From Candidatus Moraniibacteriota bacterium (lineage in GTDB: Bacteria; Patescibacteriota; Minisyncoccia; Moranbacterales; UBA2206): a DNA stretch of 64,000 nt. The notes beneath the pieces are model-generated. The model did no database searches. It was not told the origin of the DNA and saw only the letters and a list, made by a program, of their open reading frames with translations. The DNA lies in the NCBI GenBank assembly GCA_030645735.1, contig JAUSNP010000004.1, forward strand, positions 10,739 through 74,738, read 5' to 3'. The position numbers were made by a program, and so were the translations under genes. Shown here piece after piece: positions 1 through 9,200 of this stretch. Numbering within the stretch: position 1 is the first letter of the stretch; the number at the start of each line of letters is the position of its first letter.

Positions 1-354
1 CTTGTTTCGATCTGATCGAACCAATCTAGGACTATTATTTTGTTATCTTGATAAATAAAAAAACTCTCATGGAGTTGCACTTTTTACTTACCCGAGCCAA
101 TATTATACAGGATTGCCAAAAGGCTGTCAATGACATTTTAGTCCGCCTTTCTATCGATTCGCTCAAATCAAAAAACAGGCTTATTCGCCCGCTTTTTTCA
201 CATATCTATTCAGTCTGGTGCTTCTATCTGTGCATCGTGTATTTTGTATGAAATTGTGAAATACGCATATTACACAATAGCCTTTCGCCAATTAAAAAAC
301 AGGATGCTAAGACGCTAACATCCTGTTCTATTCTAGTAAAGCATTCGGCATTGT

Positions 355-939
355 TCACGCCGGGCTAGTGACTGCCAGCATGCATGTTCCAGCTGACCAG
401 ACGCCATGAAAAAATCCGAGATCAAGTACTGCGCCCGCTTTGGTTCGACAATACTGCGGAACCCTGACGCTTCGAATTCCCTCAGAATGTAATGATTTTG
501 GCTGATCGAGGGCTACAATCAAGGTATTTCTTGGAATATCCAAATTGTCAATTGCGAACGCAAGGCCTTGAGCACCCACGAAGAGCGATCTGATTCTTTC
601 AAGCTCTTTAAGGCAGTCTTCGGAACATAGCGTTTTCTTAAGTTGTAATAACTCGAAAACATAGTGTCCATGAGGGACTAAAGTATGCGTAACTCTGCCG
701 AAATTCACATCATTAACACGATTGTTAAACAGTGTATCCCTGCACTGTCTGACCTTTGAGGCTTTGAGTCCAAGCCTGTGATCATAGCTGGGCGGTATTT
801 TGACAGACGCCGTGAGCACGCTTTTCATAGTTCCGCCTGATGATAGAAGAACCCCAGGAAGCCTGCTTCCTTGCTCAACGGCTGTTCCAGCGAGTTTAGT
901 TAAGTCAGGAAATCGACGTGCACAACATTTCGCTCCCAT
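355..939 (-). CDS. Hypothetical protein. The local GC content is clearly higher than in flanking DNA. There is a weak resemblance to the GGT..HR N-terminal segment of AbiEii-type nucleotidyltransferases, but this is not secure.
   Basis: A 194-aa ORF with no strong motif match recognised. It lies in a GC-richer patch (about 50%, against about 38% in neighbouring DNA). The true start may be an internal Met. Confidence 0.3.
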   Translation of the reverse strand: MGAKCCARRFPDLTKLAGTAVEQGSRLPGVLLSSGGTMKSVLTASVKIPPSYDHRLGLKASKVRQCRDTLFNNRVNDVNFGRVTHTLVPHGHYVFELLQLKKTLCSEDCLKELERIRSLFVGAQGLAFAIDNLDIPRNTLIVALDQPKSLHSEGIRSVRVPQYCRTKAGAVLDLGFFHGVWSAGTCMLAVTSPA

Positions 940-1035
940 AAAAACTCCTCCTTATAAAAAGAACTTCCTTGGAAACCGCCAAGTCGGCTGTGGAATTTTT
1001 CCACAAATTAAGTCTAAAAAATCAAACTTTCATTG

Positions 1036-2232
1036 TTAAATATGGCTTTCTGGGTCTTTCGAGAAATATTGTACTTTTTTAGCATAGTCATTGCATTTAT
1101 TGTTCCAGAAAGATGAGCCTGGACCTCCGCAATAATATCGTTTTGAAGCTAGAAATTCACCACTCTTGCTAGTTGCGCCACCAGCTGCCAACTTGATAGC
1201 CATGCCCGTGATTCCATCGGCCAAATCCCATGGATCAGCTGGACTACTACCTGTCTTGGCGGAAATCTTAGCTTTGTAGCCAATCCAAGTGGTTGGCATA
1301 AATTGGGCCACGCCCATCGCGCCACCATAACCGCCCCATTTCGGTGAACAAGATAATTTCTTACCTTTATAATCTCCCCCGTAGGCCTTGGTGAGTTCAG
1401 CGGCAATTTTCAAAAATTCATTCACATCGGCCGCTTTCATACGAATGTTTTTGTAGGTGCAACCACCTGTGAAAGTTCCGTATCCAGTTTCCACAATCAG
1501 CTCGGCTTGCAAAAATTCTTTGCGCAAACCTGTGGCCTTACTGGCATAGGCCACGGCGTCATCAATATCCTTGGTACTGTATGACTTGCCTAAAAAAGAT
1601 GACAAGGTACTGCGTAGTTCAGCTATTTTTTGTTGAATTTCAGCCAAGGTTGCCTGAGCCTCTTTGATATCTCCGACAATCTCGCCTTGCTCCGCTTTTT
1701 GTTGTTGCAAAAGTTTTTCATGTTCAGCTTTTTTATCTGCTAGTTCCTCTTTGGTTTGCGCAATCACTTGTTGCGATGCGTCAATATTATCCAAAAGTCC
1801 CAGAATTTTTTCCTTTACATTCAGCATCTGATCGTCATTGCCAAAAATATTATTCAAATTTTCATTCGCCATCGCCAACTGCATAACTGGATCTTGGTTG
1901 TTGAAATATAACTCCTGCAAATAGGCCGTCATAATTTTTTTATACAACGCCACCTGGTCAGCTAAGTTTTTCAGCTCCGTTTCTTTGCGCGCTATTTCAG
2001 TTACCGTTTCAACAATCTTGCTTTTGGTGGTCCCGACCTGAACTTGATTTTTCTGTAACAAAACTTTCGAAGCATTCAGGTCTTTTGTGACTTGTTCTTG
2101 CTTAGCGGTCAGCTTGTTTATGGCGCTCAAAATGCTACTTTCATCTTGCGCCCAAGCAAAATTGAAAACATCAAAAAGCATAACCGCGATTATGCCCACT
2201 GCCAAAAAATGTTTTCGTCCTAGTTTGTTCAT
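1036..2232 (-). CDS. Membrane-anchored lytic transglycosylase (MltB/SLT_2-like) with a long coiled-coil region
   Basis: The N-terminal signal/TM is MNKLGRKHFLAVGIIAVMLF, so the real start is probably this internal Met and not 2271. A heptad-rich coiled-coil region is followed by a C-terminal ...GGYGGAMGVAQFMPTTW... motif typical of the MltB-like lytic murein transglycosylase domain. Confidence 0.7.
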   Translation of the reverse strand: MNKLGRKHFLAVGIIAVMLFDVFNFAWAQDESSILSAINKLTAKQEQVTKDLNASKVLLQKNQVQVGTTKSKIVETVTEIARKETELKNLADQVALYKKIMTAYLQELYFNNQDPVMQLAMANENLNNIFGNDDQMLNVKEKILGLLDNIDASQQVIAQTKEELADKKAEHEKLLQQQKAEQGEIVGDIKEAQATLAEIQQKIAELRSTLSSFLGKSYSTKDIDDAVAYASKATGLRKEFLQAELIVETGYGTFTGGCTYKNIRMKAADVNEFLKIAAELTKAYGGDYKGKKLSCSPKWGGYGGAMGVAQFMPTTWIGYKAKISAKTGSSPADPWDLADGITGMAIKLAAGGATSKSGEFLASKRYYCGGPGSSFWNNKCNDYAKKVQYFSKDPESHI

Positions 2233-2262
2233 ATTGTATATTATAGCACTTTTTAGACAATA

Positions 2263-2296
2263 AAAAACCATCCGCTACAGCGGATGGCCTTTCTTT
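2263..2296 (-). terminator. Rho-independent terminator downstream of the 2308-3000 gene
   Basis: The hairpin ccatccgc-taca-gcggatgg is flanked by an A-run and a T-run. On the minus strand it is followed by TTTTTT. Confidence 0.6.
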
Positions 2297-2307
2297 TGTT
2301 TGCTCTG

Positions 2308-3000
2308 TTATTTTGTCATTCCTTCTCGCAATTTACGCAAAATCAAAGCGGCTTCCTCTCGTCCACCTAGACCAAAGGCCAAGCCTCCAGCTAGTGAGAA
2401 CATCGCTACGATGCCAATGAAAATTGTGCTCACCAAAGATGAGGCAATTCCAAGTTGCAAAAGAGATGCTAGGATACCAAAGATTATGATTGCCCATTTG
2501 GCAATTCCAGCCAGCATCGTGGCGGACATCACACCCGCAGCGCGCGTACTGCCTTTCACCACGCTGTACACGAAATTTCCAACAATCACCACCACGGTCA
2601 TAATAATCACTGACACTACCACATTCGGCAGATATAGCAATATGCTATTAATAAAAGCAGTGACTTGCTTCAATTGCAAAACATCTGTCGCGGCCATCAA
2701 GAAAACTAAAATCAAAAACCACTTGACCAAGCCGCCAAAAAATTCGGCAATGCTTGCGCTGATTCCCATTTCAGAAAGTCTTTGTCCCCAACCAATCTTT
2801 TGCAAGGCGTGATCAACTTTCATAGTTTTCACAATTTTCTCCACAACCTTGCCCAGCGCCACAGCCACAATCCAACCAGCTACGAAGATTACCAACGCGC
2901 CAATGATTGCCGGCAAGAAAAATATAAAAGATTCCCACACGCCCAAAAGCGACAATGTTATCGCCTCTCCCCAAGTTTGAATTCCATTCATAATTATCAC
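2308..3000 (-). CDS. Integral membrane protein with conserved TM-helix repeats (MscS N-terminal-like)
   Basis: A 230-aa protein with several hydrophobic helices, each followed by KxVEK/KT-type basic linkers. The pattern resembles the PF05552 'conserved TM helix' repeat. Confidence 0.5.
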   Translation of the reverse strand: MIIMNGIQTWGEAITLSLLGVWESFIFFLPAIIGALVIFVAGWIVAVALGKVVEKIVKTMKVDHALQKIGWGQRLSEMGISASIAEFFGGLVKWFLILVFLMAATDVLQLKQVTAFINSILLYLPNVVVSVIIMTVVVIVGNFVYSVVKGSTRAAGVMSATMLAGIAKWAIIIFGILASLLQLGIASSLVSTIFIGIVAMFSLAGGLAFGLGGREEAALILRKLREGMTK

Positions 3001-3008
3001 CTGCCTTT

Positions 3009-3599
3009 CTAATTATTGTTTAATAACTCTCTAAATTCAGAATATATTTTTTCCAAGCTCAACAAATCCGGATTGCCATCACTTGCCAAAACCTTCATAC
3101 GAGCTTCAATCAATCTATTTTTCAATTCATCAACTCCGATATTTTCTTTTTCTGCGTTCAAAAAATTCACAAAAATATCCCGCACATACAGAATGAAGTC
3201 TTGACGATCTGGGTTGCCAGCATTTTTTCCCAACAATTCTTCCGTCACTGCATAAATGCGATCTACACTTTGGCCAGCCTTTTTGAAATAATCATACATC
3301 AGATTCAAAGCATCTTCACTCATCGAACTATTTTTGGCTAGCAGTTTTATTTTTATCTCAATCAATTCATGTTTGCTTTGATCCAAGCTGTGTTTTCTGA
3401 AACCATCTTCAATAAATAGCTTTTCTACTGTTCGCACATACTCCATAAAAGATCGCAAATCGGAATATTCGCCATATTTCTCCACGGTTTTCACATATGC
3501 CACTTCAACTTTTTCTAGTTTGCTTTGCAATTCTCGTTCGTGCATATATATAGTGTCAAAATTTTCAAACTGACTTGCCTCATTTCTTTCATCATACAT
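3009..3599 (-). CDS. Hypothetical cytoplasmic protein
   Basis: A 196-aa ORF with a clean frame, no TM helix, and a 9-nt gap to the next gene. Confidence 0.5.
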   Translation of the reverse strand: MYDERNEASQFENFDTIYMHERELQSKLEKVEVAYVKTVEKYGEYSDLRSFMEYVRTVEKLFIEDGFRKHSLDQSKHELIEIKIKLLAKNSSMSEDALNLMYDYFKKAGQSVDRIYAVTEELLGKNAGNPDRQDFILYVRDIFVNFLNAEKENIGVDELKNRLIEARMKVLASDGNPDLLSLEKIYSEFRELLNNN

Positions 3600-3728
3600 A
3601 ATAAAGTTTTTATAATCCTATTAGTACCCCCATAATAGCATTTTTTTGTCTATCCTACAACCAAAAACACCCTGCCCAAAAAGGCAAAGTGTTTTTTATT
3701 GCAAAGACAGCTTTCACTGAAATAATGT

Positions 3729-6233
3729 CTATTCAGTAACTGGCGCCACCGCTGAATCTGTAGCTGGTTCAGCAACTGGAGCCGTGTCAGGCTCAGCACT
3801 CAAGCTTTCTGGCGTATTTTCAATGCCAGCTTGAATATTGCTAATCATTTTTTGAACTTGTTTTATCGCCTGCTCAGACTCATTTGGCCCGCCTTGCATC
3901 GACGAAGCGTCTCTGCTAGTCGAGGCAGGCAACAACTCAATAACTCTCCTATATTCCTTAACTGCTTCATCCCTCCTGTTGGTTTTTTCATACAGCATGC
4001 CCAAGCTGAAATGTGTGTTAACATCTTTGTCATTGCCACTCAAGATATATGCATATAGAGACTCAGCTGTTTTACTGTCATCGCCTTTGCCTCTTTCTTG
4101 ATATAATCTGGCCAAATTGAAAATGAAGCTTGCGTTGTCTCTTTCTATTGTTAGCGCGTTGGTCATACTCTCGATGGCGCCATCCACTTCCCCCAAGGCA
4201 TCTTTTGCCAAAGCCAATTGATAATAGGCTTGCGCAAAATTGACCTTTTCATCCACCGCTTTTTGGAACAAATCGCGAGCTTCAGAAACCAATTTCTTCT
4301 TAGCCTCAACATCTTTTTCACCCGCCACTTGATTCAATTTTATCTGTCCCATCTTTACCAGCAAACTTGGATTGTGCGGTTCCAAATCGAGCGCCTTTTG
4401 ATAACTTTCCAAAGCCAATTGGAATGAATTGGCTACATAGTATCCGGAATTATCATAAATTTGCGCCAACGCTTCAGAAGTGCTGACATCTTGCGCTGAT
4501 TTTTCTTTGGCTTTTGTAGCTGCCAAGATTGAATTGTTCAGATAGTTTTGAATCTTATTGACATCTTTGTTTTCTGCGCCATTCAATGCCTCGTCATTAG
4601 CCAAAACCATATTGATTTGCGACAAAGCTGTGTAATAACGGCTTTCAAAACTGTATAAATTTATTGCTTGCACCATTTTGTTCATCGAGCCATCATCAAC
4701 TTTGTTCTTTCCTGCCATGCCAGCATAAATGTCAGCAGTGATAACTTTTCCAACAAACACGAACAAGAAAATCACGCTCGCGCTCACCACCATGAAAATC
4801 AAAGCGAGTGTCAGCGCAAATTTTGGCGAAGCTTTCAAAGAAAAATTAATGAAATTTTCTTTGATTGGCCCTTCCTTCATCAGGATTGCCAAAGACAGCG
4901 CGCAAATCAAAGCGCCGATGAGAAAGACTGAGCCTTCCATCCTTGAGGAAAACAAATTGATCAAAAACACCATTGCCGCTGACAAAAAAGTCAGGGAATA
5001 AATCTTGTCCCGCTCCTTTTCCAGAGAAATGAAATAGATGCTAGCGCCGATAAATGACAGGATCAAAACCAACATAAAGAATGTTCCCACCGCGCCAACG
5101 GTTGCCAATGATTCAAAAAGAATGCCTGTGCCTTGATAGAAGCGCAAATTGAACAATGAGTTCAGGTTGAATTCTTGCGGTTTGTGGGCAGAAAAATCAT
5201 AGCCATAAGTTGCCTGACCAGAACCGAAGAAAAAATTATCTTTGATTGATTCTTTGGCAATCTGCCAAGAAATTTTGTAATCCAAACTCACCTCGGCTGG
5301 CAATTGAATTTTGGAAATGTTCATTGACTTGCCACCCATAAACAGTACCATCAAAACCACAAACACCGCCATCAAAAACCACGAGTTGGAATATTTTTTC
5401 ACTTTCACAACATTAGCCAAGATGTAGATCAAGAAAAAGGCCACGCCAGCCAGCAAAGCAATCCAAATGGACAACGAAATAAACGAATAGAAAGTCAACA
5501 ACAAAAATAGATTTAATATCGTGCTTATCGCTACAAATGCTTGCCCAGCTGTTCTGGCAATTTTGTTTTCCACGCTCTCGCCAATTTTCAAGAACAATCC
5601 CATCAAAACTGGAATCATGATTGAAATAAAAATGACCATACCCGTGAAAGACCCGATCAAATTGACGGGGATATTTTTAGCTAAAATTTGTGGCACAAAA
5701 CCCAAATTCAAAACACTGACCAACGCCCAAACTGCTACCAAAAAATTAGCGCCCAGCAAAGCGCCAGCGAATAATTTGATCTTGTTTGTCTGCACTCTCT
5801 CCAAGATCAAATAGAAAACCACCACTAGCGCCAAAAGACCGATGAAGCCACGAGAAGGGTCACCAAAAGATCCCCAAAAGCTGTGCCATTTGTCCACCGA
5901 AAGAATTGCCGTCAGAAACGCAATCACAATCGTGGCAACAATCGGCAAGTCGAGCGGGTTTCGCTTGATGCGCATCTCTCCAGCTACCACTCCGCGCAAA
6001 GCCCAGAAAACCAATGCCACCAATACCAAAACATAGAAGTACATCTGCTTTTCAAAAATTATACCTTGAAAAGTTTTATTGAGAAAAAATAGTGGCACCC
6101 CGAAAACCATCAACACCAAGCTGGCGTCAATCACCCAGTTGCAAATCCGCATCAACCAATTATTTTTCACTCCGACCTCATTGTCCGCCCCAACTTCCTC
6201 GGTGCGAATTCTTTTGTTCACTACTTTTTCCAT
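3729..6233 (-). CDS. O-antigen ligase (Wzy_C)-family polytopic membrane protein with a C-terminal TPR repeat region. It may be a PglL/PilO-like O-oligosaccharyltransferase.
   Basis: About 12 predicted TM helices occupy the first roughly 500 aa. The C-terminal roughly 300 aa carries several TPR-like repeats (LGEVDGAIESMTNAL..., ARLYQERGK..., LGMLYEKTNRRDEAVKEYRRVIEL). Confidence 0.65.
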   Translation of the reverse strand: MEKVVNKRIRTEEVGADNEVGVKNNWLMRICNWVIDASLVLMVFGVPLFFLNKTFQGIIFEKQMYFYVLVLVALVFWALRGVVAGEMRIKRNPLDLPIVATIVIAFLTAILSVDKWHSFWGSFGDPSRGFIGLLALVVVFYLILERVQTNKIKLFAGALLGANFLVAVWALVSVLNLGFVPQILAKNIPVNLIGSFTGMVIFISIMIPVLMGLFLKIGESVENKIARTAGQAFVAISTILNLFLLLTFYSFISLSIWIALLAGVAFFLIYILANVVKVKKYSNSWFLMAVFVVLMVLFMGGKSMNISKIQLPAEVSLDYKISWQIAKESIKDNFFFGSGQATYGYDFSAHKPQEFNLNSLFNLRFYQGTGILFESLATVGAVGTFFMLVLILSFIGASIYFISLEKERDKIYSLTFLSAAMVFLINLFSSRMEGSVFLIGALICALSLAILMKEGPIKENFINFSLKASPKFALTLALIFMVVSASVIFLFVFVGKVITADIYAGMAGKNKVDDGSMNKMVQAINLYSFESRYYTALSQINMVLANDEALNGAENKDVNKIQNYLNNSILAATKAKEKSAQDVSTSEALAQIYDNSGYYVANSFQLALESYQKALDLEPHNPSLLVKMGQIKLNQVAGEKDVEAKKKLVSEARDLFQKAVDEKVNFAQAYYQLALAKDALGEVDGAIESMTNALTIERDNASFIFNLARLYQERGKGDDSKTAESLYAYILSGNDKDVNTHFSLGMLYEKTNRRDEAVKEYRRVIELLPASTSRDASSMQGGPNESEQAIKQVQKMISNIQAGIENTPESLSAEPDTAPVAEPATDSAVAPVTE

Positions 6234-6284
6234 ATTTTTTAATTATTTTAGACTAATTTATTTACTTCTTTTATTATACTACAT

Positions 6285-9200
6285 TTATTTTTCTGCCACA
6301 ATCCACCAATTGAAGTTGATTTCTTTCGGCGCCAAAATTGCATCAAGTCGGTCCACTCCGACTTCAAAGCCTTTGCCTATATCTGTGTTTTTCACATAAA
6401 TAACTTGATTGTCAGTTGAACCAATTGGCGTGATATAAATCTTTGAATCCGCGCTAACTGCACTAGTTTTCACAACGACAACACTTTTATCCGCCACAAT
6501 CACCGCCTCACCAATCGTGGCTGCGGTTTTGTCATTGACTGCAATAGTCAGCAAGCCAGTCTCAGTGATTTGCGAGGTCAATTTACCAACAATTGTAATG
6601 TCGCCAGCCTTGCTAGTGTCTGTGATGCCTAGGAGTTGGTTCAAATAATCTATGGATTGGGTGTTGGCATCAATTTGCGCAATGTTGACTGGTGTAGCAA
6701 TTTGCGATTGCAAGGCGGTGATTTGTTGTTGCAAAATATCTGTCAGCGCCTGTAGAGACGCAATGCTTTGCGTCTGCGCATTGATTTGCGTATTGATATT
6801 TGCAACTTGTTTGGTGAATGTATCTTGGTTATTGGTGATGGTGGTTAGGTTTTTTTCAATTGAACCAAGTTGAGTGTTAACAGAATTTTTCAAATCCGTG
6901 ACAGTTGAAATGTTGCCAGTTAGTTGCAAGTTTAGATTTTCAATCTGAGTTTTTTCTTCTTGGAACATTTGATTTTTCACATCCGCAAATCTAGCGTAGA
7001 GTCCATGGATAGCGCCGTCTTGGAGAGTTGAGTCGGCATATGGTATGAGCAGTTCGCCTGGGGTAATTTGTTGAGTTAGATAGTTTTGGAAATGGGTCAG
7101 TTCATTTGGAGTGACACCTTTGAGAGTGTTTTTGGAAAGCTGGTTGAGTGGAGCAACTTCGTAGTTTGGAATTTGGAAACCTCCAGTCTTAGCGATGTAG
7201 CTCCAAGTGCCTCCAGTTCTAAAGTAGAGTCTTTCAGTGCCTAGAGTTGTGTCCAGACAAGTGAGACCGTCAGTAGCTGTGGTGAAAGTTAAATCAGTAC
7301 AAGCGCCGGCGTTGGTTTTTTGGATGAAGCCGTCGGAGGCAAGAGCTTGGCCAGTTGCACCTACTTTAAATTTATTTACTGAATTAACATTGAAATCTAA
7401 GAAGTCGCCAGTGAATGAGCCAGTGCCAGAAGCCATGTCGGCGTGAAATAAGTCTGCTGTTTTATCAGAGGTATTATGCGACACATAAATAGATTCATCA
7501 CTCGTAGAGTCACTGTCATCAATATAGAGACCGTATCCAGCGCCTGTTATGGTAGCATAAAAAGCTGGGGCTCCCCCTGATTCAGTGACCCAAACCCCAA
7601 CGTTGCCCGCAGAATCATTGATTTCTACACCACCATCATTCCTTACTTTGAATACTGAATCGCTATTCACATTGAAATCCAAAAAATCGCCAGTAAATGA
7701 ACCTGTGCCAACAGCCATGTTGGCATTGATTAAGTCACCTGATTTAGCGGATGTATTATGTATAAAATACAATGAGTTAGCAGTGGTAGAACCATAATCA
7801 TAGCCAAAAATAAAACGATTATTGTCTTGCTGATAGAGTTTCAAATCGTCATTTCCCCCAGTTGCATAAAGATATGCCACCGTACTATCATCTGTAGTAA
7901 ATCCGCCATCTGTCACATAAAGTGGGTCTGAGCCGGTATCAGTATTTGGAGTTATGCGAAGTTCACCACTGTGCCCGACTGTGAATGACGCAACATTGTT
8001 TTTTCTAAAATCCAAGAAGTCACCAGTGAATGAACCTGTGCCAACAGCCATATTAGCATTGATTAAGTCACCGGTTTTAGCGGAAGTTGAATGATATGTA
8101 TTAAAAGTATTATTTGAAGCTGAAGCAGTATCATAGACATACATAGCTGGAACATCAGCACCTAATTGTGCATAATATGCGGTGTTGCCATAGGACACGA
8201 TAGATTCAATTATGCCGTTACCTTCCATTAAATTTGCATCCGTAGCTCGCAGTGCATATGAGCCAGCTGAATTGATATATGTATCACCAGATGAACTAAC
8301 TTGAAATACCTTAGGATTAACGCCGACGTTACCATTATTAAAATCCAAGAAGTCACCAGTGAATGAGCCTGAACCACCCCCAAAATTCATATTAATGCCG
8401 TCGCCAGAAAAAGCAGAGTTTGATTGAGTTAATCCAATCAAATTATTGGAAGTAATGGAGTAAGATATCCCAGTGATTAATGGTGCATTATTACTATTGC
8501 CTGCATTGTAACTAACCAAGCTCAAAACTGGCGCAGCATAATTGCCAGAATATTCAAATGTTCCCAATCCCCAGCCATTGCCTTGGACATTGAAGGCATT
8601 GCCGTCTATATTGTCATTTGGGTCATTGTAATTAAGATAAAAACCATTGCCATTTTTTCCTATTTCCGTATTGATGTATGAACCATCGCCATAATAGAAA
8701 TTATTATTATAGCCTAGACCAGATACCGCATTATATTGCGCCTCGCTCAACGAATACCGCGTCATCCAACCACTTGAATTAAGACTTGGATCATTCCCCC
8801 AACCATCTCCATTTTCATATGCAAAAAAGGCGAACGGATAATCATATTGCCATTGCCCATAATCACTATCTGGTCCATCATATGTGACAGTGATTGCATT
8901 TCGAATTGGGTTTTGAATAATTACCGCCCCATCAAAACCATTCGTGTCTTCATACAAACCAGACAAGGACCGTCCGCCACCTATAGATCCGTCATTACCG
9001 AAAGTTAAAATTAAGCGCTCAGCGCTATTGAAAGTATCACGGCTACCCACAATCTTTATCCGATGAGTATAAGGGATTGTAGCTTCAATTTCTTGCGCAG
9101 TATTTCCGTTTGAAGTAGTTGTTGCAATGGCAGGTGTGTTTCGATCACTTGGCAAAAAGATAAAAGCTGAGATGCCACCAAATGCTGGATCATTGGACTC

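Noticed and set aside
800-1039. Plus-strand 79-aa ORF overlapping the 355-939 ORF
   Set aside because: It is short and antisense, with no RBS or context support.
7237-7446. Conserved plus-strand ORFs (MPRVVSRQVRPSVAVVKVKSVQAPALVFWMKPSE...), present also at 19191-19430 and 25818-26111
   Set aside because: They lie antisense to the shared C-terminal cassette of the three giant genes. Their conservation is a by-product of the near-identical DNA and does not show an independent gene.
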